Of a stretch of DNA of 64,000 nucleotides, positions 36,837 to 46,571 are shown in pieces. A program made the translations under genes and the position numbers. The stretch is from a virus: IMG/VR virus record IMGVR_UViG_3300031160_000001; one strand, given 5' to 3'. The notes beneath the pieces are model-generated. The model worked only from the letters and a program-made list of their open reading frames with translations. It had not been told where the DNA came from and made no database searches. Each line of letters starts with the position of its first letter. Positions within the stretch are counted from its first letter, which is position 1.

Positions 36837-38600
36837 TTAATTGTAAATAAAGAAATGATAATCGTCAGTTGAAGTACTTTTCATTAAGTCACGCTCTAAT
36901 TGATTGGCAATATAGTTTCCATATGTAACAGAACTATATCGGTCTTTCCTTTTATTGTGGGGTTCTTTTAATTTAACCAAGTTAGATTCAGTAATCTCAC
37001 CTTCTAAGTTAATCATTTCATTAACAAGCAAAGTAGTTTGGATATAAACTGATTCAAATTTTACTTGAAGCTCTATATCTAAACTAGAATAACCCTTTAA
37101 TTTTTTAAGATACTCACGACCCTCAAGCTCACTTACCAGTAAACGAATCTTACCTCTTTTTAATGCATCTCTCATTAATACTGCACATTCGCTATTTAAT
37201 TGAGGATTGCCTTTTATACTATAAATTACTTTGGGAGCGTCTGAATACATGCACCTTTCTTGCATTTTCTCGTCGTTAATACAATTCCAGGGTTCATATT
37301 CTTTATTATTCTCACGGTCATGCAGGGGTTGAATAAGTTGATCATAAATACCCAATCCTAAATTTTGAGTATCCAATACTAGATAATCACAATCAAATTC
37401 ATCGAACAATTGCCGAATTCTAATAGCTTGCATTACAGTATGACCGCCATCCATACTCTCCATATAAGAGACGTATCTATCGAATCCCCTTGTCGTTGGA
37501 ATAAGTCTTAATACTGAATATACACTAGCGTCGTTTTGTTTACCCGCCATTCCAGCAATATCACAGCATAACAATCTTATTTCTCCTGCTTTTTTGTGCT
37601 CTGGTTTAAAATTTGAATCTTTGATTAAACTATAATAATCCTTTGGATATAGAGGTACGACAATCTTTCTATTTTTATCAAGATCCTCAAATTTAAAAAA
37701 GGCTTTTTCAGATTCTCCGAAAAAAAGACACTCCATCTCCATTGACCAAGCAGTTTCATCAAAATCCTCTTCGGACATTTCATCTAATACTTGCTCTCTC
37801 ATTAGTAAGCCTTCTTTAATAGCCAATTGATAAGGCAAACCACACACAAAATATTTTTTCCCTTCAGTCATAGATTTAAAGTACGTGAGCAATTTGTTCC
37901 ATGACCAATGTATTTTGTACCAAGCAGAAGATAGATAGATTTCCTTATTTCTCTCTTGTAAATGAGCGTATTCAGGCTTCTCTAAATATTTTGGTTGTCT
38001 TGGAGCTGTTAAAAATTTACGCAAAACTTTGGTAATAATATTAATATCTACCATTCGGAATTCATCTACAATAAGTAGATTAGCACGTTTAGATCTTGCA
38101 TTATCATTAGAGGCAACAACTTTTATCCAGCTTCCATTGTGAAATTCAACTCTTGCATCGTTAACAGATGTGTTTAAATCAAATATTTCTCTAGCTAAAT
38201 TTGGTGAGTTTTTTCGCAAATCATCAATCTTTTCAATTACTTCACGAGCCTGATTTTTTGTTCCAGAAGCGATAACTATTTTCGTTTCGGGATATAAAAT
38301 AGCTCTTACACAACAATAAATTGCAGTCAAAAAAGTTTTCCCCTGCCCCCTACTTGCAAGGTACATAAAATAATAAAAATGATTCATATAAAAAATTAAG
38401 ATTTGTTGAAAGAGTTTTAGGTTTATCCCTAAATAATCTTTAACAAATCTATGGGGATTTGCTCTATAAAAACTAGCCCAAACAGCTATACCTTCCATTA
38501 ATCTATCTGATTTATTATTCTTTGCAAAATTTCTATTTCTTTTAAAAATATTAATACCCTTGCTATATTTATTTCTGTCAACTTGAAATTTCCTCTCCAT
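36837..38600 (-). CDS. Terminase large subunit
   Basis: Walker A ASRGQGKT, Walker B LLIVDEFR, nuclease CCDIAG / LDTQN / KDRYSS. Confidence 0.92.
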   Translation of the reverse strand: MERKFQVDRNKYSKGINIFKRNRNFAKNNKSDRLMEGIAVWASFYRANPHRFVKDYLGINLKLFQQILIFYMNHFYYFMYLASRGQGKTFLTAIYCCVRAILYPETKIVIASGTKNQAREVIEKIDDLRKNSPNLAREIFDLNTSVNDARVEFHNGSWIKVVASNDNARSKRANLLIVDEFRMVDINIITKVLRKFLTAPRQPKYLEKPEYAHLQERNKEIYLSSAWYKIHWSWNKLLTYFKSMTEGKKYFVCGLPYQLAIKEGLLMREQVLDEMSEEDFDETAWSMEMECLFFGESEKAFFKFEDLDKNRKIVVPLYPKDYYSLIKDSNFKPEHKKAGEIRLLCCDIAGMAGKQNDASVYSVLRLIPTTRGFDRYVSYMESMDGGHTVMQAIRIRQLFDEFDCDYLVLDTQNLGLGIYDQLIQPLHDRENNKEYEPWNCINDEKMQERCMYSDAPKVIYSIKGNPQLNSECAVLMRDALKRGKIRLLVSELEGREYLKKLKGYSSLDIELQVKFESVYIQTTLLVNEMINLEGEITESNLVKLKEPHNKRKDRYSSVTYGNYIANQLERDLMKSTSTDDYHFFIYN

Positions 38601-39490
38601 TAATCATCACTCTCCTCATATTGAGGAGGTTTAATTGTATACTTTTCTAATTCAGCTTCATATGCTTCTGTATGCACACCCTTACTACCGACTAATTTAG
38701 ATAAATGTCCAAAGAACCATGTATGCATATATTTGCCAATACCATCGACATCTTTCCAAGCTTCATCTGGTTCGGGTATTGGTCTTTCCATTTCCCACTT
38801 CTTTATCAAGGTTCCAAAAGTGGATTGTTCGGCTGCATTGGCTCCCGTCTCTTGTACCGGTTTAATGTTTGCTGACCCCAATAAATCCTGTAGTGTCTTT
38901 AATTCTTTATCAACCGATTCATTTTTTAATCTTTTTTTATTTATTGCTAAACGAAGATGTGCAACTTCTTGAAAAAGCATTTCCATAGCATAAGTATCGC
39001 ACTCATAAGAGTTTAATAATTTTTCATATTCATTCTGCAAAAAAAGTAAATCCTCGGTTGAGTAACCTCTGCCCCAAAAAGCAGTTAATTCTGCGAGATC
39101 TGCGGAATGCACCTCTTGAACAAAATCATCGGTTATATTATTTAAACGTTCTATTTGCTCGTCATATTTTAAAAAATCGCTATCTTTATAAGTTAACGAA
39201 CTATATTGTGTTAATGAAGAAACGGTGCGTATATATCTATTCCAATCCACATCCATTTCAATCCACAAATCTTTAAGTAGCGGTCTATTCATTATTGCCA
39301 ACATCATTTTAACTCGTTCTAAATATCCTTCAGAATTTTTCTCACCTATAAATGAATTTATACAAGGTTTACATATACTCAATTTATCAGAAGCGAATAA
39401 CGGATTTGCATTAACATAAAAATTTGACGCGGCTTTTAACGAACGACACTTTAAACATTCAATTCTTTCTTTTGAGCTTTTCATTTTCAT
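38600..39490 (-). CDS. Zinc-finger protein, candidate terminase small subunit
   Basis: CLKC...CKPC; overlaps the terL start. Confidence 0.55.
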   Translation of the reverse strand: MKMKSSKERIECLKCRSLKAASNFYVNANPLFASDKLSICKPCINSFIGEKNSEGYLERVKMMLAIMNRPLLKDLWIEMDVDWNRYIRTVSSLTQYSSLTYKDSDFLKYDEQIERLNNITDDFVQEVHSADLAELTAFWGRGYSTEDLLFLQNEYEKLLNSYECDTYAMEMLFQEVAHLRLAINKKRLKNESVDKELKTLQDLLGSANIKPVQETGANAAEQSTFGTLIKKWEMERPIPEPDEAWKDVDGIGKYMHTWFFGHLSKLVGSKGVHTEAYEAELEKYTIKPPQYEESDD

Positions 39491-39517
39491 ACACCTGCCC
39501 TTTTCCCTTATAAAAAA

Positions 39518-39576
39518 ATGGTGCAGAAAAGCGCAGGGAGTGGACGCTTATACTGGTTTACCCAGTTCTGCACCAT
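39518..39576 (-). ncRNA. Candidate three-way-junction RNA / attenuator upstream of the terminase genes
   Basis: 11-bp perfect closing stem AUGGUGCAGAA/UUCUGCACCAU enclosing two hairpins, followed by a U-run. Confidence 0.5.
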
Positions 39577-39668
39577 AAAAAATATACAAAAGAAAACGGA
39601 CAAGTCATACTATTTACAACAGTAAACTCATCCGCTTGAGTTTTGTATACTTATAATTCATTTGCATC

Positions 39669-39965
39669 TTAATCATCAGAATTTAAATAATTCAATGCTT
39701 CTATTTTAGCATGGATTTCTTCAAGTAGTACTTGTTGTATTCCATACTTTACGCCTTCCATAAATAAATCATTAGCAATCTCTTTAATCTCAACAACACT
39801 TTCGGCTCCCAATAACTCTTCATAGTAAAAGTCAACAATCTCATCAGGATCATCATCAATTTCAATATCATAATTTATTTCATGAATGTGATCGTTTGAA
39901 ATATACCTTGATTTTTTCTTATTGTTTTCAAATAAGTGATCATAATAACCAGCCATCATAAACAC
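39669..39965 (-). CDS. Hypothetical acidic protein
   Basis: 98 aa, AAGGAG RBS. Confidence 0.6.
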   Translation of the reverse strand: MFMMAGYYDHLFENNKKKSRYISNDHIHEINYDIEIDDDPDEIVDFYYEELLGAESVVEIKEIANDLFMEGVKYGIQQVLLEEIHAKIEALNYLNSDD

Positions 39966-40027
39966 TCCTTTGTCTAGAATAGACAGAGGACTTGTATTTA
40001 CAATTCATGTCTATTATTAAACTTGAC

Positions 40028-40188
40028 ACTCCCCATGCCTAAAGGCAGGGGATTCTTGGGAATTCCCGTCCATCGACAGGATATTGACCAAGCTATCCCT
40101 GTGTGTCCCACAGTTCAATTTATTAAACAGCCATTTTCAATTTTGTCGCCTTATATCCCCATAGCTAAAGCTAGGGGTTTTACGGCGA
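40028..40188 (+). mobile_element. Non-autonomous IS200/IS605-type element (PATE-like), ~160 bp
   Basis: TTGAC flank then hairpin CCCCATGCC-TAAA-GGCAGGGG; far-end hairpin CCCCATAGC-TAAA-GCTAGGGG-TTTTACGGCGA; no ORF of note. Confidence 0.75.
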
Positions 40189-41391
40189 TTAAACATAATG
40201 AATACTTTCTAGCTCATTTTCATTGTATTCAAATAGCATAAACCTTTTATGACTACCTACATAACCGTTGTTTTTGTGCCAATCATCTGTTTTATTCCTG
40301 GTTGCTAATGTTCTTATGACAGTACCAAACCAATCTTTAGCATCTTCTGTATGTAAATGTCCAATGTGTATCTCTCTATTTGTTGCTTTAGCCCATTCCA
40401 TTGGAAACTCCGCAGGGAAAATATTGTGGAGGTTTTTTCTCCCCTTGTCTCCATGAGTAATACCAATAAAATTGCGACCAAAAACATGAATTTTTCGTTC
40501 CTCGAAAGAATCATCTACTTCAACTTGAGGATAACGAGCCGAAAGAAATTTCACAAAAGACCAAGAGATTGTTTCATCGTGATTGCCTTTGGAATATATA
40601 ATTTTTACTTTGTTAGACGATTTTAACGCTACTTCAATTAATGGTTCGTAAAAAGATCTGCAATCCTCCCACGCCTTATGCATATCTACAACCTGTATTT
40701 GAGTGCCATTAGCTGTTCTTCCTCTGTGGTCATTATTATGAAACATATCCTGTCCAACGACAAAAAGAATTTCATCCCAATGATTTTTTATTATTTTGTT
40801 GTAAATTCTATTTTGTGTTGGTTTGTAATACTCATAATCAGACACACCAAAATGAGAATCAAATATTGGGATCTCAAGCAATTTCTTATTTGAAGCTTCA
40901 ATATAAGAAGCTTGAAAATAAATAGGTTGCACATTATTAATTGCTTCTATTATTCGATTAACCCCTGAATTTTTAATCGGTTTTATAGTTATTTTGCTTG
41001 CATACATCGGAAACTGACCATCTTGTTTTGAGTAACCAGTCCATTCTGATACTTTTGCGTTTATTAATTCCCATTCATCAGGATCATATCCATGTGCTTC
41101 TAACAAATATCTTGGATTCTTTTTTTGTTCGGCACTCAATTGAATTAATCTTGAATATGTATGACTTCCATCTCCGTGATATTCAATCGTTTCTTTAAAA
41201 TCATCTGGTTTGGCTTTTGGTGATTTACTGTGTTTTGTCTTTTTTGTGACTTGATTTTTAACCCAACTTCTCAAAACTTCTCCGTCGTTAAAATATTCGC
41301 CACCATATTTCTCCGCGATTTCCTGCCAAGTTAAATCAATTTCTTTATTTCTCTTTTTCAAACCTATTTCCAAAAGTCGCTCTCTGTTCAA
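40189..41391 (-). CDS. Calcineurin-like metallophosphoesterase-domain protein
   Basis: DSHFG, GQDMFH, GNHD, THGD, GHLH motifs. Confidence 0.82.
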   Translation of the reverse strand: MNRERLLEIGLKKRNKEIDLTWQEIAEKYGGEYFNDGEVLRSWVKNQVTKKTKHSKSPKAKPDDFKETIEYHGDGSHTYSRLIQLSAEQKKNPRYLLEAHGYDPDEWELINAKVSEWTGYSKQDGQFPMYASKITIKPIKNSGVNRIIEAINNVQPIYFQASYIEASNKKLLEIPIFDSHFGVSDYEYYKPTQNRIYNKIIKNHWDEILFVVGQDMFHNNDHRGRTANGTQIQVVDMHKAWEDCRSFYEPLIEVALKSSNKVKIIYSKGNHDETISWSFVKFLSARYPQVEVDDSFEERKIHVFGRNFIGITHGDKGRKNLHNIFPAEFPMEWAKATNREIHIGHLHTEDAKDWFGTVIRTLATRNKTDDWHKNNGYVGSHKRFMLFEYNENELESIHYV

Positions 41392-41402
41392 ACAACCACC
41401 CC

Positions 41403-41603
41403 TTATTCGAAAGGCTGCTCAACAGAAGGAATTGAATCTTCTTCCTTGATCGTAATTGAAATAGTTTTTTGATCAAACTCAGCCAAAATATCTTTCAAAG
41501 AATAATAAAACCATTCCTCTGTTTTCTTGTCTTGTTCTGCAATTACTTGTTGATCATGATAGTAATCTCCTTTTAATTGATATGAATGTGTCTTCTTAGC
41601 CAC
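41403..41603 (-). CDS. yonK: YonK-like protein
   Basis: 66 aa; MAKKTHSYQLKG...SLKDILAEFDQKTISITIKEE resembles the SPbeta YonK family; synteny. Confidence 0.65.
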   Translation of the reverse strand: MAKKTHSYQLKGDYYHDQQVIAEQDKKTEEWFYYSLKDILAEFDQKTISITIKEEDSIPSVEQPFE

Positions 41604-41631
41604 CTCAACACTCCCTTTTTAAACACCTATA

Positions 41632-42291
41632 TTACCAAGATAATGAATCTGCGTGATTTGCTAACTCTCCACGGAAATTTATTGTCAGTGTACAAACCTT
41701 AACGTAGGGTTCAGATTTAAAATGTTCAATATAAGGTACAAAACCACTTTTACTTGGATCTGATAAGTCATTTTGACCATCATGCCCAATCATAATAACT
41801 TTACAATCATCATGAATTCGAGTTAGAACTTTTTTAAGTTCTCCCCTAGTAAAATTTTGGGCTTCGTCAATAATAATAGTTTTATCTTTCAAATTAATAC
41901 CTCTTGCAAAAACATGAGACATAGGATAAACCCAAGCTGTTCCATTTTTCAAAAGGTCAGGTCTTTCAGGATTAGCAATGACTCGATCTGGTTCCTCATC
42001 GATTTCTAATAAAGCATCCTTCAGAGGGGTTATATAAGCCTCTTCTTTTTCTCGCTGATCACCAGGGCGATAACCCATAGTTTTTTCTTGTACAGGAGAA
42101 AAAATATAACACAATGATTTACCAAGTAATTTAGCTGCTGCTACAGCCAAAAATGTTTTTCCTGAGCCAGCTTTCCCATTTACAATAATCAATCTATATT
42201 TATCATCGAGGATAGCATCAACAAATTCTCTTTGTTCATTTGAAAGTTTGTCTCTGTATCCAAAGAACAAACTATCTTTAGGTAATGGCAT
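41632..42291 (-). CDS. phoH: PhoH-like ATPase
   Basis: GKAGSGKT, ARGINL, IIIDEAQN, MIGHDGQND; start ATG 42291 after GGAGG. Confidence 0.9.
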   Translation of the reverse strand: MPLPKDSLFFGYRDKLSNEQREFVDAILDDKYRLIIVNGKAGSGKTFLAVAAAKLLGKSLCYIFSPVQEKTMGYRPGDQREKEEAYITPLKDALLEIDEEPDRVIANPERPDLLKNGTAWVYPMSHVFARGINLKDKTIIIDEAQNFTRGELKKVLTRIHDDCKVIMIGHDGQNDLSDPSKSGFVPYIEHFKSEPYVKVCTLTINFRGELANHADSLSW

Positions 42292-42389
42292 ATGTGTCTC
42301 CTCCAATGTTTGTATATTTATTCATTGACGCTATGTAACAGGGGGATTATAGTTACATAGCGTCAATAGGAGGGGAAAGGAAACTCTAT

Positions 42390-42671
42390 TTAATTATTAG
42401 TTTTAACAATTTCTTTAAATCTTGAACCTGCACTAAAAGTAGGAGTTACTGTAGCAGGAATATGAATATCCTCGCCTGTTTGTGGATTTCGACCAGTTCT
42501 AGCAGCTCGTTTGCGAGTTTCGAATGTACCAAAACCAACTAATTGAACAGAATCTCCATTCTTCAAAGTCTCCATTACCGTTTCTACAAAAGCATTCACA
42601 AATACCTCAGTATCCTTCTTGGTTGCACTTGTGCGTTCTGCAATTGCAGAGATCAATTCAGCCTTATTCAT
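42390..42671 (-). CDS. hup: HU-family DNA-binding protein
   Basis: MNKAELI..VQLVGFGTFETRKRAARTGRNPQTGE; start ATG 42671. Confidence 0.95.
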   Translation of the reverse strand: MNKAELISAIAERTSATKKDTEVFVNAFVETVMETLKNGDSVQLVGFGTFETRKRAARTGRNPQTGEDIHIPATVTPTFSAGSRFKEIVKTNN

Positions 42672-42799
42672 AATATTATCTACTCCCTTATAAAGTATTT
42701 TTTTTATATATCTGTTAATTATCGAAGGAGAAAATATATACCCCCTCATAAATATATACCGTCAGAAACCACTTATTCCGTCAATTTCCTAACAATTTA

Positions 42800-44383
42800 T
42801 TATTTATTACATTTTTTGCAGTATGGAAAGAACCCATCCTTGCGGCTTCTATCTAGCGAAAAATAGCGTTCTGACGCTAATTTTACCTGCTTGCACTTAC
42901 TACAAGTCTTGTATGTACCTTTTACTTTGAAAGTGAATATCCAGTCCTCTCTTTCTTGAATATATGTATCCACTATCATTTTTGGAATGATATTATTATA
43001 AATTTCTGATACTCTTTTTTCAGTTAAATCAATCTCATATTCTCTTGATATATACTCAACTATCTCAGATGCAGGACATCCATCAATTTTCATAATTAAA
43101 ATGTCTTTTATGTATTTTTCGAATTCTGTTTTATCAATTAAGTTTTCTAAATCAGTTAATATAGCCCACATATCACTATTGGGTTTGTCATAATATGCTT
43201 GTTTTAATAGGGCATAATGATTTAATAATTCTAAAACATGTTTTTCCTTTGATAAGTCTAGTTTATTTTCAGATACTTCTACATAATCACCATGTTCATC
43301 AAAATATCCTGTATCTGAATCATAATTAAAAACAGTAGAGTCTTTCATTATCTTTTTAAAACGTATTGTGCCGGACAACAGGTCTTTCATCAAAATACTT
43401 TCTGTATTAAGATCTCTAAGCATCTTTTTCATTAACGATAGTTGCTTAGAATCATATTTATTAGCAATCTGTATTTGTTTCTCCTCTTTGGATGTTGAAT
43501 CTAGATTCACTCCAAGGGTATCTTTAAGATATTGAATTTTCTCTACTACCTCAGCAATCTCAGGATACTTCTTTAAATCCTCTTCTTTAAGATTATTTTG
43601 TTTTGTTTTACCTTTTGTCCTAGATGCCATTAAATCGACTTCTATTTCTTTCTTATCCCCAAATAATTTTTCATTTCCACGCCTATAATCCATATTGGCA
43701 CTTGATTTTTTCTTTCTTATCGTGTGTTGATCACTAATATTTAATTCTTTTTCTTTCTGGTCGTAATATTTGGGAAATGTTAAATAATCTACAATGTAAC
43801 TTAATCCAATAAGCGAAAGGTCGTTTTCAGTTAAGAAATCATTTTTGTTTTTGACTTGTTTCTTGCAAAATAGAGGTGAACTCGTATAGTTTATTAACCA
43901 TTTCATTTTTTCATCGTCTAGCAATTTATTTACGTGATTTAAACGATCTTTGGCGTACTCCAAATTATAATCCAATTGCTTCACAATACCATACAAAAAC
44001 GATTGGATATCACCATCAACACCCCATGACTTCTCTTTTCGCCACTGCTCCCTTTCTTTCTCCCAAGGTCTTTTATAAACCTCTAAATTGTATCCATATG
44101 GAAGTTCATTACTTCTGTAATAAGTGATCCAATACTCTTTTCTTTGAGGTAGCGATTCAAAATCATCAACTAGTTCTAATACATCAAACTCAAACACTCG
44201 TTCCCTATCTTCAAGATTGTATGTCAACCAAGCGTTCTGTAATCGCTTGTTATTATGTTGATTGGCGTTTAATTTCTTAACCAGAGTTTCTTTGTATGTA
44301 TATATGTTTTTTGTAGTACTGATAAATCTTTGATTCGTCTCCAAATTTGTAATGCAATACACACCATGTTGTTGAACAAACAT
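42800..44383 (-). CDS. Degenerate GIY-YIG domain fused to a sigma-like HTH/zinc-finger protein
   Basis: GVYCITN..RFIS..KEYWI..GYNL N-terminus; C-terminal ILIMKIDG.PASEIVE..RVSEIY and CSKC..CKKC. Confidence 0.55.
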   Translation of the reverse strand: MFVQQHGVYCITNLETNQRFISTTKNIYTYKETLVKKLNANQHNNKRLQNAWLTYNLEDRERVFEFDVLELVDDFESLPQRKEYWITYYRSNELPYGYNLEVYKRPWEKEREQWRKEKSWGVDGDIQSFLYGIVKQLDYNLEYAKDRLNHVNKLLDDEKMKWLINYTSSPLFCKKQVKNKNDFLTENDLSLIGLSYIVDYLTFPKYYDQKEKELNISDQHTIRKKKSSANMDYRRGNEKLFGDKKEIEVDLMASRTKGKTKQNNLKEEDLKKYPEIAEVVEKIQYLKDTLGVNLDSTSKEEKQIQIANKYDSKQLSLMKKMLRDLNTESILMKDLLSGTIRFKKIMKDSTVFNYDSDTGYFDEHGDYVEVSENKLDLSKEKHVLELLNHYALLKQAYYDKPNSDMWAILTDLENLIDKTEFEKYIKDILIMKIDGCPASEIVEYISREYEIDLTEKRVSEIYNNIIPKMIVDTYIQEREDWIFTFKVKGTYKTCSKCKQVKLASERYFSLDRSRKDGFFPYCKKCNK

Positions 44384-44448
44384 CTCTCTCTTATCACCCC
44401 CTTATTTATCTCTCTAAGTTTGAGCATTCTTCAATGCTCTACTTTGAC

Positions 44449-44492
44449 ACTCCCACAATTCATCCCCATACCTAAAGGCAGGGGCTTTCTTG
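44449..44492 (+). mobile_element. ~45-bp IS200/IS605 end remnant
   Basis: TTGAC-ACTCCC followed by CAATTCATCCCCATACC-TAAA-GGCAGGGGCTTTCTTG. Confidence 0.6.
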
Positions 44493-44560
44493 TGGTGGTT
44501 GTGGTAATTTAATTATAATACAGATAATATAAATAATCAATAAATTTATATTTCACTCCA

Positions 44561-44589
44561 TTGACGATTTGGCTTGTTTTTCTTATAAT
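44561..44589 (+). promoter_or_regulatory. sigmaA promoter of the divergent recombinase
   Basis: TTGACG-17 bp-TATAAT; AGGAGG RBS follows. Confidence 0.75.
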
Positions 44590-44620
44590 TTGGGTAAAAT
44601 AAACGAAAAGGAGGTTTATC

Positions 44621-45712
44621 ATGAACGTTGTGCAATTACCTGTTCTTTATACAACACACTCAAAAGACCAAGACTATGTTTATGAACATATAATGCGTTT
44701 TCTAAAAGGAAAGGCTAGAAGTAGTGAAAATACCGCAAAAAAATTTAAGCGAGACATTGAAATGTTCTTTAAAGTAGTTAGAGGTAAAGAACTTCATGAA
44801 TTAACCAAAAATGACTTGAAAGTAACAAATAGCGAAGTAGTAGATTATCAAGAATATTTGTCTAAAAACTATAAGAACTCAATAGTAAATAATGCTTTTA
44901 CAGCAGTAAGAAGCTTATACAAATATCTAAAGCGCAATGATTTTGATGTTAATCCAGATGCAGTCATTGTAGACCGTTTACCTGATGACACACTGTCTAC
45001 AGGGTATTTGCATCATGACGAGGTTATGAAATTGGCAGAGCTTGCTCTTGAAGAAAAACACGATCCCATCATGAAAAAGGCGATTATTGAAGTTGCCTAT
45101 GGGACGAGTCTGAGAATTAATGCCTTGTTGAAAATCAGATATAGAGATCTACGAGGAGACGAAATTGATCCAAACAAATATTGGATTGAACCTAGAGACG
45201 TAGACGAAGAAGGTCATATAACCAAAGATAAAAGCAAGATGATTAAAAAAGTCATACATGCTGAAGCTATTGAACCTATGCTGCGCTTGAAAAAGGCATA
45301 TGGTTATTCTGATGATGATTATGTCTTCCAGATTAGCCCAAGAGCATTAAATGACATGATCAAGCGTTTAGTTAAAAAAGCAGGATTAGATCCTAAAAGG
45401 GGGATCACTTTTCACAGTTTAAGAAAAGCTGGAGCCATGTCAGCGAGTAAATTATCCAACGGGAATCCTTTTGTTGTATCTAAGCAGGGTAATTGGGAAA
45501 ATCTCGAAACTGTGAATAGACATTATATTCAAAGCCAAGAAAACATAATGGGTATGGCTGCTTTTGAAAACTTTGAAGAGGATATTTATGAACAATTGAC
45601 CAAGGAACAATTGATTGAGTTGCTGAATAGTTTAAACGGAGATATCTTGGAGATTAAGCTTAAACGAGAAGCAAGAAAAATGATTGCAGAGAGCAGGAAA
45701 AGAGAATGTTAA
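44621..45712 (+). CDS. Tyrosine recombinase/integrase-family protein
   Basis: SAM-like N-terminus, GTSLRINAL, TFHSLRKAG, QGNW..TVNRHY. Confidence 0.85.
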   Translation: MNVVQLPVLYTTHSKDQDYVYEHIMRFLKGKARSSENTAKKFKRDIEMFFKVVRGKELHELTKNDLKVTNSEVVDYQEYLSKNYKNSIVNNAFTAVRSLYKYLKRNDFDVNPDAVIVDRLPDDTLSTGYLHHDEVMKLAELALEEKHDPIMKKAIIEVAYGTSLRINALLKIRYRDLRGDEIDPNKYWIEPRDVDEEGHITKDKSKMIKKVIHAEAIEPMLRLKKAYGYSDDDYVFQISPRALNDMIKRLVKKAGLDPKRGITFHSLRKAGAMSASKLSNGNPFVVSKQGNWENLETVNRHYIQSQENIMGMAAFENFEEDIYEQLTKEQLIELLNSLNGDILEIKLKREARKMIAESRKREC

Positions 45713-45713
45713 A

Positions 45714-45746
45714 AACTGGTGGAATTTCCATCAGTCAATTTTTTTT
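45714..45746 (+). terminator. Intrinsic terminator
   Basis: actggtggaa/ttccatcagt-type hairpin followed by a T-run. Confidence 0.6.
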
Positions 45747-45770
45747 GCGTTTTTTAAAGTGTGTATTTTC

Positions 45771-45851
45771 TGATCAAATTTGATCAATTTCCTGCAAGTA
45801 TATAATATATATATATAATATATATATAAAAATATATATATAAAATATAAA
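45771..45851. other. Origin-like site: 16-bp palindrome plus a 53-bp A/T-only tract
   Basis: tgatcaaatttgatca (45771-45786); (TA)n-rich tract 45799-45851. Confidence 0.45.
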
Positions 45852-45905
45852 GCAAACTCGTGTATGCACCTTTAATTTTTCGCATAATGGAGGGGAAAAT
45901 TAGCA

Positions 45906-46571
45906 TTGAATAGTTGTATCTTTATTCCGAAACGTGTTTTTCCAAATAAAAAGAACGACAGATGCCTTTTTCCTGATGAGCTATATCTGTATTCTTTGCT
46001 TTACCGATGGAGAAGTATCTATGATCATTTGATTGCTATTAACGTTGATGGAATAAGTGAATTGTGTCCATACAAATTTATGACAATTCAAGCGAAGGGG
46101 AATGACACCAGAAATAAAACCAAAATCAAACAGCTGCTAAGCAACTTATGTGAAACAAAATATCTTGAAATCAATAAAGATATAAAAACAGCAAAAAATA
46201 ATGAATTGCTACGCATTCATTTTTTAGACAGAGCAGAGTATGATTTTTATACCATTGCCTATGATTTATTTGATCAATTTCATCACCCTTTAGAATATTT
46301 TATTTATTGCTATATTGATACCAATGGCTCTGAAGGAAAAGCAATATCATATAACAAGTGGAGTGAAATTACAAATACTAGCCGTTATACATTGGATCGA
46401 GTTCTTGATAAAATGAATTCTGATTCGTTTAGACCGAGAATATGGAAAATTCCAGGAGAGTATTATCAAGAAAAAGGAGAGTATAGGCAGCATAAGAATG
46501 TGTATTATACAAGACCCAGAGAAGATATAAAAGCACAATGGTATAGGTTGTATGGAGCTAAACAAGTATAA
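45906..46571 (+). CDS. Hypothetical protein, possible replication initiator
   Basis: 221 aa, TTG start after GGAGGGG; ELYLYSLL helix; adjacent to the origin-like site. Confidence 0.45.
   Translation: MNSCIFIPKRVFPNKKNDRCLFPDELYLYSLLYRWRSIYDHLIAINVDGISELCPYKFMTIQAKGNDTRNKTKIKQLLSNLCETKYLEINKDIKTAKNNELLRIHFLDRAEYDFYTIAYDLFDQFHHPLEYFIYCYIDTNGSEGKAISYNKWSEITNTSRYTLDRVLDKMNSDSFRPRIWKIPGEYYQEKGEYRQHKNVYYTRPREDIKAQWYRLYGAKQV

Noticed and set aside
36837-38600. Intein or intron in the terminase
   Set aside because: Length is normal and the motifs are contiguous
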